Below, piece after piece: positions 1 through 8,475 of a stretch of DNA of 64,000 bases. Positions within the stretch are counted from its first letter, which is position 1. Each line of letters opens with the position of its first letter. The stretch is from Gammaproteobacteria bacterium (GTDB lineage Bacteria; Pseudomonadota; Gammaproteobacteria; JBCCGL01), in the NCBI GenBank assembly GCA_965277715.1, contig OZ255836.1:1664001-1728000 (forward strand). The letters are read 5' to 3'. A program made the translations under genes and the position numbers. A model generated the notes under the pieces. It was not told the DNA's origin. It worked only from the letters and a program-made list of their open reading frames with translations, and ran no database searches.

Positions 1-349
1 AAGCCAGAACCTACAGGGGTGCTTTGATAGTCGGCAATATAACGCTGTACCTTTTCTTCACACGCGGTCACCGTGCGATTCTGGAAGCTATGCGTGACCG
101 CCTTGGGCTTCACCTGTTCAGGAATGTACTTGTACTCTTGGCTTTCTGGATCAATGGCACGGCTGTTGAACTGTAGCGTCTTGTTACCGAACTTTTTGAA
201 GAAGGTATATTTCTTATGGTCCTGATACTTCGCGTTAGTACATGGGCAATAGAAGTCCTGTACAGGCGAGTATGAAGCCGGGTCAACATTCACGCCTTCT
301 GGCAACCGTGCCACCAGCTTGGTCACAATCTGCTTATAGTGTTCGGGTG
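1..349 (-). pseudogene. 5'-truncated ORF, possible primase/prim-pol fragment; runs off the window edge
   Basis: Manual translation gives a stop-free frame from the IS21 end to base 1 (PEHYKQIVTKLVARLPEGVNVDPASYSPVQDFYCPCT...). The D-x-x-S...Q-x-F-Y-x-P pattern recalls AEP prim-pol domains; this is inference only. Confidence 0.45.
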
Positions 350-435
350 TATTAAGTGACAATTATCTTGTCCGGTAGGTGACAATTATCCTGTCCGGTT
401 TCATGCTGGTACTTTTATAGCTCCTTGGAGATTAA

Positions 436-1941
436 GTGCCCGGTTTACGAATCCATCCCCGACAAGAGAAATTGTATATGAACTATCGAAACCAAAGCCT
501 TACACAAGAATCCGCAGCGGCTAAAGCGGGTATATCGAGTCGTAGTGGTCGTCGAATAGAGAAACAGGAACGACCTCACCAACCTCATCACTGGCGAACC
601 CGAGCTGACCCACTGGAAGCGGTCTGGAACTCGGAGTTAGTGCCGCTGCTGGAGAAGGAGTCGGGTTTAACCCCGATCACCTTGTTTGAGTATTTGGACG
701 ACCATTACCCCGGTGAGTATGGCCAGCGTATTATGCGTACCCTGCAAAGGCGGGTGAGTGATTGGAAAGCGCAATACGGCCCCGATAAGGCGGTTATCTT
801 TCGCCAGATAGCACAAGCAGGCCGTCAGGGGCTGTCAGACTTTAGCCATCCTAACGCTGCCATTACCCTTGGCGGCAAACCCTTTGCACATATGTTCTAC
901 CAATTTTGTCTGGCTTACAGTGGTTGGCGTAGCGTGACGGTTATTCAAGGCGGGGAGAGTTATGCGGCATTGAGTAGCGGTTTGCAAAATGCCCTTCATC
1001 AATTAGGCGGTAGTCCATTAGAGCACCGCACTGACAGCCTCAGTGCAGCGCGTAATAATCACACTAACCGATGGACCGATGCTTACCAGGCTTTATGTGC
1101 CCATTATGGGCTGGAACCCACGGTCAACAACCAAGGCAAAGGGCATGAAAACGGTGCGATTGAAGCCCGCCATGGTGTGTTAAAACGGCGTTTATCACAA
1201 GCCTTAAAATTACGCGGTTCCAACGATTTTGCTACCTTGGAAGCCTATACCCGGTTTGTCCAAAAAGTGGTCGATAAGCTCAACCGTCGTTTTGCCACAG
1301 GCTTGAGCGAAGAAAAAGCCGTATTGCAAGCTTTGCCCCATCACCGGTTTAGCGATTACCACTCCCTCACCGTCAAAGTCACACGCACCTCGACCATCGC
1401 CGTTAAACACGTGCTGTATAGCGTTCCTTCCCGCCTTATTGGAAAAGCCTTGCACATACACCTTTACCATGACCGTTTGGAAGGCTTTATCGGTCAGGCC
1501 AAGGTGGTGGAACAACCGCGACACTATACCAAGCCAGGCGAAACCCGTGCACGACAAATTGACTGTCGCCATGTTATTCGTGCCTTATCCGCCAAGCCTC
1601 AAGCCTTTCGTTGTCTGAATTACCGCGATCAGCTATTCCCCACGTCTACCTACCAGACGCTGTGGTCTATTGCGGATACGTATTTTGACTCTCGGGAAGC
1701 CTGCAAGTGGATGGTTCGGGTACTGTACATTCACTGTTTCTATGATAATCAACTCGATACCAAACTCTGGCAACAATGGCAGCAAACGCAAAAACTGCCC
1801 CCACGTCAGCAACTCGACAAAAAGGCGCTCCATACCACCGATCACCCACAACAACCTGGGGTACAGCAACATGATCTGAGCCAATACAATCAACTCCTCG
1901 CCGCCACCAAAACGGAGGCACACCATGTCCACAACACTTGA
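436..1941 (+). CDS. istA: IS21 transposase IstA
   Basis: N-terminal HTH, DDE core (SDF...RTDSLSAA...HENGAIE), 501 aa, overlaps istB. Confidence 0.93.
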   Translation: MPGLRIHPRQEKLYMNYRNQSLTQESAAAKAGISSRSGRRIEKQERPHQPHHWRTRADPLEAVWNSELVPLLEKESGLTPITLFEYLDDHYPGEYGQRIMRTLQRRVSDWKAQYGPDKAVIFRQIAQAGRQGLSDFSHPNAAITLGGKPFAHMFYQFCLAYSGWRSVTVIQGGESYAALSSGLQNALHQLGGSPLEHRTDSLSAARNNHTNRWTDAYQALCAHYGLEPTVNNQGKGHENGAIEARHGVLKRRLSQALKLRGSNDFATLEAYTRFVQKVVDKLNRRFATGLSEEKAVLQALPHHRFSDYHSLTVKVTRTSTIAVKHVLYSVPSRLIGKALHIHLYHDRLEGFIGQAKVVEQPRHYTKPGETRARQIDCRHVIRALSAKPQAFRCLNYRDQLFPTSTYQTLWSIADTYFDSREACKWMVRVLYIHCFYDNQLDTKLWQQWQQTQKLPPRQQLDKKALHTTDHPQQPGVQQHDLSQYNQLLAATKTEAHHVHNT

Positions 1942-2695
1942 ACTACTGTTACGTGAACTCAAACTACCCCGCTTTGTTCAGTACTACCCTGATACGCTAC
2001 AACAAGCTCAGGAACACCAATGGAGCTATCTACAGTTCCTCGAAACCTTGTGTGAGAAAGAACGGGCCGATCGTTATACCCGCCGTGTGCAGAACTGGAA
2101 TCGGGAAGCAAAATTGCCTCTCGGTAAAACCCTCTCCTCATGGTGTAGTGATCCGTTGTCTGTGACCGTACAGGATAGGCTACAAGCTCTTTGGCAGGAT
2201 ACCTCCTGGGTGGAACAGGCTCATAACCTGCTGCTGTTTGGTCCCAGTGGTATAGGCAAAACCCATATCGCCTGTGCTATCGGCTACGCTATGATTGAAC
2301 AAGGGGTTCGAGCCCGCTACTTCAAAGCCATGGAACTGGTACAACAGCTTCAACAGGCTAAAAAACAGCTCGAACTGATGAACGCCATGACCCGTCTGGA
2401 CAAGTACCGCATGATCATTGTTGATGATATCGGTTACGTCAAAAAGTCCGAAGCGGAAACTTCCGTTCTCTTTGAATTTATTGCGCACCGATACGAAAGC
2501 GCCAGCCTCATCATTACTGCTAACCAGCCTCTTAGCGAATGGGATAGTATTTTTCCCGACAGTATGATGACCGTGGCTGCCGTTGACAGGCTTATTCACC
2601 ATGCCGCCATTGTCGAAATGAACGGCGACAGCTATCGGAAAAAACAACAAATTAATAGCTTGAAAACACAGGGGAAAACAACCTCCCTTTTGTGA
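1925..2695 (+). CDS. istB: IS21 helper ATPase IstB
   Basis: Walker A GPSGIGKT, Walker B IIVDDIGY, AAVDRLIHH motif. Confidence 0.95.
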   Translation: MSTTLELLLRELKLPRFVQYYPDTLQQAQEHQWSYLQFLETLCEKERADRYTRRVQNWNREAKLPLGKTLSSWCSDPLSVTVQDRLQALWQDTSWVEQAHNLLLFGPSGIGKTHIACAIGYAMIEQGVRARYFKAMELVQQLQQAKKQLELMNAMTRLDKYRMIIVDDIGYVKKSEAETSVLFEFIAHRYESASLIITANQPLSEWDSIFPDSMMTVAAVDRLIHHAAIVEMNGDSYRKKQQINSLKTQGKTTSLL

Positions 2696-2751
2696 CAACT
2701 AACCGGACAACTTAATTGACGCCTATCGGACAAAATAATTGACACTTAACA

Positions 2752-2830
2752 GTTTGCAAACAGTTGAAGCGTAAATTCATTGGTATTGAAATCGACAATG
2801 AATATTTTGCACTTGCTAAGGAACGTATCA
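2752..2830 (+). pseudogene. C-terminal remnant of a beta-class N4/N6 DNA methyltransferase, truncated by IS21
   Basis: Reads VCKQLKRKFIGIEIDNEYFALAKERI from the first base after the IS. This is the typical segment following the FxGSG motif of beta-class MTases. Confidence 0.7.
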
Positions 2831-3369
2831 ATCAAAACACTGAAATCAGCAACCAAAGAAAAAACCACGTGGGTCACGAGCTTGGCTATCAACGCGGCTC
2901 AAAGCTGGCTGGTGACTTTGACACTATATTCACTGACAAGCCGGGGCGTGATGATGAACTACGACACTTGAAGGACGTGGTGGGAAATGGGTCACACGTA
3001 ACAGTGAATTCCTACATTGAATTTGGTGACAGCATGGAATCACTGTTTAAGAACGTGCGGCACGTTATCGCCAAGGGCGGCAGCATAGAATTTTTAGCTG
3101 AAGGTCATCGGTTCGACAATGAAGAACAGCTTGCCCTATTCGAATCATTGACACAGTTCAGCAAGCAGGCTGCACGGACCAAACTTGAACGCGGTCTTGA
3201 ACGTAGTAAGAAAAACAATGGTCGCCCCAGTCAGTTCACAAAGTCACAAATGAAGACCATGGTCAGACAGGCGCGCAAGATCAAAACCAAGGAAGACCGT
3301 GAAGCATTCTGTGAAAAGCATGGTATTAGCCGCCCATACAGCTACAAGCTGGCGAAAATGACCGGTTAA
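2764..3369 (+). CDS. Serine resolvase/invertase-like protein with C-terminal HTH (degenerate); possible own GTG start at 2869
   Basis: GYQRGS (cf. GYARVS), IFTDK, VTVNS, KGGSIEFLAE, GRP linker and HTH-like tail HGISRPYSYK. The DRLxR motif is replaced by IEFGD. Confidence 0.65.
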   Translation: MKRKFIGIEIDNEYFALAKERINQNTEISNQRKNHVGHELGYQRGSKLAGDFDTIFTDKPGRDDELRHLKDVVGNGSHVTVNSYIEFGDSMESLFKNVRHVIAKGGSIEFLAEGHRFDNEEQLALFESLTQFSKQAARTKLERGLERSKKNNGRPSQFTKSQMKTMVRQARKIKTKEDREAFCEKHGISRPYSYKLAKMTG

Positions 3370-3427
3370 ACACACCTTCAACAACACGTATAAGCCATAT
3401 ATGCCAAAAACCGTGAAAATCCGTATG

Positions 3428-3706
3428 TGAAGAATTTTGATTCTGAAAAACGGTTGAAAAACCCTGTTTTTAAATCGGGTGAAGAATAACGACCACCAGC
3501 CCCATGAAATAGCCTGTTTCACCACGGTCACACCATGTAATTAACCGTTAGACCCTGATTACCTGAAGAATGACACCGCGAAATATAGCTACATCGTCAG
3601 GACCAGCGTTTTCACCATCCCCCAGCATCAAAAAACCCGGTTTATCTGAAGAATTATAAAAATCACCGGGTCACCTTGCGTCACCATTTCCCAAAATTTG
3701 AAGAAT
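3428..3706 (+). repeat. Five direct TGAAGAAT octamers in a non-coding region
   Basis: Copies start at 3428, 3480, 3564, 3647 and 3699 (spacings 52, 84, 83, 52); several TCACC motifs are interspersed. Confidence 0.8.
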
Positions 3707-3818
3707 CTTGGTATCACAACCATTTTGCTAGTTACGTGATGCTATTTGTGCCTGTTTGTAACCGACGAAAACGCCTTTGTATAAATATAAAGACAACAAA
3801 CAAAGGAGTTTCCCGAAA

Positions 3819-4043
3819 ATGAACAATTATCTTGATGCCGCCGGTATTACACATTATGAACGCGCAATCTTAACAGCCCTTGCAACTGCCACAACGGGCG
3901 CTGAATTAGTAACCGCATTACAGACTTTTGACGTGACCCTTCAGGCGGATCGACTGCGCCAGTCATTAACGAATGTGCAAAAAAGCTGCGCGCTCAATAC
4001 TGCACGTGCAACTATCGTTAATGACGCATTGGCGGCACTGTAA
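3819..4043 (+). CDS. Hypothetical protein (74 aa, Ala/Thr-rich), first gene of the island operon
   Basis: AAGGAG RBS before ATG 3819; TAATG coupling to the next ORF. Confidence 0.75.
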   Translation: MNNYLDAAGITHYERAILTALATATTGAELVTALQTFDVTLQADRLRQSLTNVQKSCALNTARATIVNDALAAL

Positions 4044-4252
4044 TGGATGACCTACAAGTCTACCGGGATGCGTTAGCCAAGAATGGCGGCAATGCTAAGG
4101 AATCGGCGGCAAAGTACATCGCAGAAAGTGAATGGGATGATGTGGACATTCCAAAGTTCTGCATGGCGCTGAAAAACCGTCTTTTGTATGAACGTCTTTC
4201 CGAACATGAAAAACGATTGACCCGTGAAGTAATCCGTCAACTAGGGGGCTAA
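4043..4252 (+). CDS. Hypothetical protein (69 aa)
   Basis: Stop/start overlap with the upstream ORF; plausible helical protein. Confidence 0.7.
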   Translation: MDDLQVYRDALAKNGGNAKESAAKYIAESEWDDVDIPKFCMALKNRLLYERLSEHEKRLTREVIRQLGG

Positions 4253-4256
4253 TTCT

Positions 4257-4661
4257 ATGATTAGTGAGTTAACAGCACTTGATAAAGGGGACCCAGCAGT
4301 AAAGGAAAAGGTGATTGCTGAAATCAACCGCCTATATCGACGCCGGGATTTCCTACTTGTTCGCTATACATGGCAGGAAATGAAAGACGTGGCTTCCTAT
4401 CTACGGGACAACCACGGGTTCCTTCAGGGGGCAACGCCTGAATACGTTGACGCTATTTTGAAGCCATACAACGAAATTGAGTACGCGCACATTTTCGCCA
4501 TCGTTAAGGCATTGGGTACAGGTGAAGACCTAAAGCCCTTGCGTGATGCTGTACGGGCAGACTCGCAACGTATGCGCCGCATGGTGAAGAAACTGACCCG
4601 TGAAGACAAAAATACCGGCGGATTCATGAAGAAAATTAAGAATAAAATAGGAGTGAAATAA
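4257..4661 (+). CDS. Hypothetical protein (134 aa)
   Basis: AGGGGG RBS, tight operon spacing, basic C-terminus. Confidence 0.75.
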   Translation: MISELTALDKGDPAVKEKVIAEINRLYRRRDFLLVRYTWQEMKDVASYLRDNHGFLQGATPEYVDAILKPYNEIEYAHIFAIVKALGTGEDLKPLRDAVRADSQRMRRMVKKLTREDKNTGGFMKKIKNKIGVK

Positions 4662-4714
4662 AATGTTGAAATGTTGGTCTGAACTTAAAGCAGGCAGTGA
4701 AAAGCTATTCAATG

Positions 4715-6255
4715 CATCAGTGTTTCAAAATTCCTGGCTGTCGAGGTTTTAAATGCCTCACTAAGCTATGCATAATAGTTCTAAGGGACTTTCTTGTCAT
4801 TATTGCATTTTGCAGAGAGCGGATGGTGAATGAGCATATACGGGTAATTCTAGCGTAAAAAAAACAATGGATTAACAAAGCCGCCTTTTTTCTGGGCAAT
4901 TTGTTGTCTCTTATCAAGCATTTTAGTGTATTTTTTATCAGATGGATGAATACATTCCAGGTTCTTTGTTTTTGATATTTCTTCAAAAATACGCATGATA
5001 TTATAGGCCATGGCAGTAAAACGCATTTGACTGTTCAGCGCATTCAGGTTTGAAGACCAGGCTTTTCTTTCGGTGAAATCACTTTTGCTATTGTTGAATG
5101 ATTTTTCTATCGTCCAACGCTTGTAATAGAGCATAGCAATAGTGCCTGGGTTAATTGACTCTGGTAGCGTTGAAATAAATTGATGTAATTGACCTGTTTC
5201 TGGGTCGCGGTATTTAACAATATGAAATTGGACCTTTTTATTTTTATATACACTATAGCCTTCAACCCCTGTATTAATTTCACTACCCTGGTCATAGGGT
5301 ATAGAGTTGACAAAAGTTGCAACTGCATTTTCTTTGAGTACTGAAATCATAAAATTCTGATGCTGTTTTTGCTTTTCCCACCATGCATAATCAGTCACTG
5401 CCTTATCGTATATATAGAGATGCTTTTGCCAAGTCTCTTTTTCGCCACAACGTTGTTCAATATAAGAACGTAACGCGGGTATTTCCTGGTGCCGTTCAGT
5501 ACCGTTAGTCACGACACAAAGTGGTCTTAGAAGTCCATTTCTGAGGTTCAAGGCATGAATAAAGCCTGCTGCGAAGACGTTGCCCTGACGATTTTTCTCT
5601 GTGTGACAAGCATGCTGTATAAAATGACCATCAGCTGCTTCTACTCGATATTCTTCAAGTTCAGGAAATTGTTTTAAATAATCAATGTCCAAAGAAGATA
5701 ATTTCTCACTTTGCAGTTGATAGCTTTGCTTTTCCATGGCTTGCATCATCTTCATCCGTCTTGTCGACTTCAATGCGTTAAAATAGCTTGAATGACAAAT
5801 TGTCTCGTCGTATATTTCATCCGTAACCTGTAGATAGTGACGACCACTATGTACAAGACTTATACAGCGAAGTAACCCATGGCGAGAAAAAGCTACGTCA
5901 TCAATGGCATCGCATGATCTTTTCCATAAAGGGAAGCGTTCAGCAGCAATTGCTTTTTCCATACTTATTTTACAGTGTTCGGTGATATATTCTTCAACGG
6001 TCATCATTTCGTTCATATTAAATTTGCCCATTTAATCAGATATTAAATGGGTATTTTAAAAAAAATTCTGCTGGTGAATGCAAGTGTTTTTTTGGATAAT
6101 TTTATTTATTTTATGAATTATAAAGCGTGTTATCGGTTTATAAAAAAACAGTACAAATATTATAAAAAATACTATTTGTAGCTTATGGTGGCTCTTGTCA
6201 GGTGTTATTCATTGCGTTATTAGCTTCCTGGTAGGATTCTAGTGGTACACCCATG
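4715..6255 (-). mobile_element. IS4-family insertion sequence with 8-bp target duplication ATTCAATG
   Basis: ATTCAATG at 4707-4714 and 6256-6263; imperfect terminal repeats CATCAGTGT... / CATGGGTGT... (reverse complement); AT-rich. Confidence 0.88.
4850..6031 (-). CDS. IS4-family DDE transposase
   Basis: AADGH, IYDKA and the YREK signature YYKRWTIEKSFNNSK. Confidence 0.88.
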   Translation of the reverse strand: MGKFNMNEMMTVEEYITEHCKISMEKAIAAERFPLWKRSCDAIDDVAFSRHGLLRCISLVHSGRHYLQVTDEIYDETICHSSYFNALKSTRRMKMMQAMEKQSYQLQSEKLSSLDIDYLKQFPELEEYRVEAADGHFIQHACHTEKNRQGNVFAAGFIHALNLRNGLLRPLCVVTNGTERHQEIPALRSYIEQRCGEKETWQKHLYIYDKAVTDYAWWEKQKQHQNFMISVLKENAVATFVNSIPYDQGSEINTGVEGYSVYKNKKVQFHIVKYRDPETGQLHQFISTLPESINPGTIAMLYYKRWTIEKSFNNSKSDFTERKAWSSNLNALNSQMRFTAMAYNIMRIFEEISKTKNLECIHPSDKKYTKMLDKRQQIAQKKGGFVNPLFFLR

Positions 6256-6725
6256 ATTCAATGAATGTTTAGCCGCCGCAAATAAAGAACCGGGGTCTGA
6301 AGGCTAGCTTGTTCTACGGACTTGGAACGAACTGGCTAACACGTCTAAGTCCATTCGAAACAATATGTTTCAGATTGATAGCCAGAAAATCGCGGCACAG
6401 CTAACAAGTATGGAATGGTCATATGTTGAAGGCATGGTAAACACTACACGCACTAGCCATATTGAAGCACGTAAGGCACAGCATAAGACTATGGCGCAAC
6501 GTAGTGAACGATTTTTGAAATGGTTCTTGGACAATAATGCCGCGCTGGTTGAACTGGCAGAAATGGAAACAAAGATCAAAGGTCGTCGTATGCCTAGTGA
6601 ATCATCAACTGAATGGGCGAACCTTAGCCAACAACTGTTCAACTAAGAATTCACGTACACTGAATTCAAGTTAATAAATTTTTGGTTGTTATATCCAGTG
6701 TGCGCGAATGGCGGGGTGGCGATTG

Positions 6726-8216
6726 TCACCCCGTTTTTTTATCTTCCTTTTCTTCTTGAACAGCGTAGAAGTAATTCAGTGCGTCCTTATCGCGGTCACT
6801 GAAATTTTCAGTAAGAGTGCTGGCTTCGTCATCCATTTCTAATTCTTCAAGTTCGTGCAATAACTTAGCAAGTTGCTTGCCGCGTTGAAGTTGTTCGCCA
6901 GAATCATATTCATATGGAACAGGCTTCAACTTTGGCTTTGGTGGTTCGTCGGGATCGCCCCCTGATTCTGCTTGTTCCTTTTTTCGTAAACGGTCATTAA
7001 ACTTTTGATATTCTTCAAAGTCCAAAGGCGTTATGTGATTGGTATAATGATCTTCAATCATCTTTGGACTGTTACCACAGTTTTTAGCAATTTCGTTTAC
7101 GTTAACACCTTCAAGGAAGCGGTTTGAAATGAAGGAATGACGAAGTGATTCAAAGGTTCGATATTCACCTTTCTTTTCACCACGAATATCCTGTTCTTCC
7201 AGTATTTGAACGAAGCGCGAACGGTTATTTTGATCAAATAGTTTTTCATTAGAATTGCGGTCAAGCCCCCGGCGGGTCAAGATGCGCTTGTAAACAGTGC
7301 CAGAACCTTTAACCCCGACTGTCACCCGTGATTTAGTTTTTGCGCCATCTTCATCGGGAACATTGATTACAGTGACTTGATATACTTTTCCATTCTCACG
7401 AACACCTTTTAGCCGTACATCCTTACAGCGAATAATTCCGAGTTCTTCAGGGCGCAACCCGGTGTATAACATCAAATGTACTCGGTCACGCAATGATTCA
7501 GCACTGTACAGGTCTGTTTTTCGCGTCTTCCCCTGAATATTATCGTCAAGGGCTGTTAATAGCTTATGCTGTTCACGAATGCTAAACCATATACGCTTGG
7601 CATTGTTGTTATTGAATTTCAGACCATCTTTCAAAGTTGGTAGGCGATAATCTTCAACCAGTTCGTCTGCCACATTCAGACAGGTTCGAAGTGAACCCTT
7701 GATTAGTCGAACATAATTTTTGCTTATATCAGGCTTACGCTTATACAGGTCAGCAAGATAGTCCTTCCACATTTTGCTATTAACATCGGTGACCGGTGTG
7801 GTCCCAAAAAATGGCTGAATTTCTAACAGGTAGTTCTTTTCGATAGTGTTCCAATGGCTTTTGGTGTTGTGACCCATGCCAATACGAACACGATAGCTTT
7901 CCGTAGCGCGGTGGAAGCAATCATCAACCGTGACTTGACCGGAAAGGCTAACCCTTTCACCTTTACCAATAGTTTGTAGAAATTCTTCATAAGCTATTGC
8001 TGCAATTTTACAGGCTTCCTTGAAATCCTTCTTTCCAGTGGATTTACGATTGTCTGTGCCTTTGCCAGCACTACTAAGTTCAGTCTTGATAAACCAACGA
8101 TATTGCCAAACGTTGCCACGTTTGTGCATCGTGATTTCGTCGTAAAGGGGATGGTCTGCCATGGGGCTGGAATCCTTACACACATGTTGAAAATCGGTCA
8201 TCGTTAAAGATAACAC
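6726..8216 (-). CDS. Tyrosine recombinase/integrase (true start may be ATG 8162)
   Basis: LYTGLRPEEL (R), KTK (K), SLRHSF (HxxR-region variant), CGNSPKMIEDHY (catalytic Y); N-terminal arm-binding-like region; adjacent to tRNA. Confidence 0.92.
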   Translation of the reverse strand: MLSLTMTDFQHVCKDSSPMADHPLYDEITMHKRGNVWQYRWFIKTELSSAGKGTDNRKSTGKKDFKEACKIAAIAYEEFLQTIGKGERVSLSGQVTVDDCFHRATESYRVRIGMGHNTKSHWNTIEKNYLLEIQPFFGTTPVTDVNSKMWKDYLADLYKRKPDISKNYVRLIKGSLRTCLNVADELVEDYRLPTLKDGLKFNNNNAKRIWFSIREQHKLLTALDDNIQGKTRKTDLYSAESLRDRVHLMLYTGLRPEELGIIRCKDVRLKGVRENGKVYQVTVINVPDEDGAKTKSRVTVGVKGSGTVYKRILTRRGLDRNSNEKLFDQNNRSRFVQILEEQDIRGEKKGEYRTFESLRHSFISNRFLEGVNVNEIAKNCGNSPKMIEDHYTNHITPLDFEEYQKFNDRLRKKEQAESGGDPDEPPKPKLKPVPYEYDSGEQLQRGKQLAKLLHELEELEMDDEASTLTENFSDRDKDALNYFYAVQEEKEDKKTG

Positions 8217-8249
8217 AAAGTGTGCAAGAATGTGTAAGTGGTGTGTAAG
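8175..8249. promoter_or_regulatory. Putative integrase arm-type binding sites
   Basis: Direct repeats TGTGCAAG (8221), TGTGTAAG (8231), TGTGTAAG (8242) plus an inverted copy CTTACACA (8175). Confidence 0.6.
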
Positions 8250-8377
8250 GCTTTCTGCTCGCTTCCGGGGATCAAATTTGACCGATTTTCAGCCCCGAAA
8301 AGGTGTCTTTTTTGACCCTGTTTTAGGTCGTTTTCAATAAATCAAAAAGTCATGTAACTTAATGATTTTACTAAAGT

Positions 8378-8464
8378 TGGTGCTCGGGGCGGGAATCGAA
8401 CCCGCACGATATTTCTATCGCAAGATTTTAAGTCTTGTGTGTCTACCAATTTCACCACCCGAGC
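8378..8464 (-). tRNA. tRNA-Leu(UAA), complete, element-side copy
   Basis: Full cloverleaf: acceptor GCTCGGG/CCCGAGC, anticodon arm CAAGA-CTTAAAA-TCTTG, long variable arm CGATA-GAAA-TATCG, T-arm, encoded CCA. Confidence 0.95.
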
Positions 8465-8475
8465 ATAATAAGGAC

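Larger units (their letters stand above)
350..2751 (+). mobile_element. IS21-family insertion sequence
   Basis: istA+istB pair. Left end TATTAAGTGACAATTATCTTGTCCGGTAG matches the reverse complement of the right end TGTTAAGTGTCAATTATTTTGTCCGATAG; tandem ~23-bp subterminal repeats at both ends. Confidence 0.93.
4663..6646 (+). pseudogene. Hypothetical gene split by IS4 and carrying an in-frame TAG; the 6365..6646 ORF is its 3' part
   Basis: Removing the IS and one target copy joins MLKCWSELKAGSEKLFN to ECLAAANKEPGSEG*LVLRTWNELANTSKSIRNNMFQIDS... in a single frame; AGGAG RBS upstream. Confidence 0.75.
1..8475. mobile_element. Integrative element (prophage/satellite-like island) inserted in tRNA-Leu(UAA); left boundary lies outside the window
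   Basis: Tyrosine integrase next to a tRNA cluster, truncated host tRNA-Leu at the junction, orphan ORFs, resolvase-like and methyltransferase-like fragments, two IS elements; housekeeping genes resume after the tRNAs. Confidence 0.85.

Noticed and set aside
3428-3706. CRISPR-like array
   Set aside because: The repeat is only 8 bp, spacers are 44-76 bp of two size classes, and no cas genes are present.
6305-6307. Genetic-code reassignment (TAG as sense) in the island
   Set aside because: A single instance, in a gene already broken by an IS; no suppressor tRNA seen.
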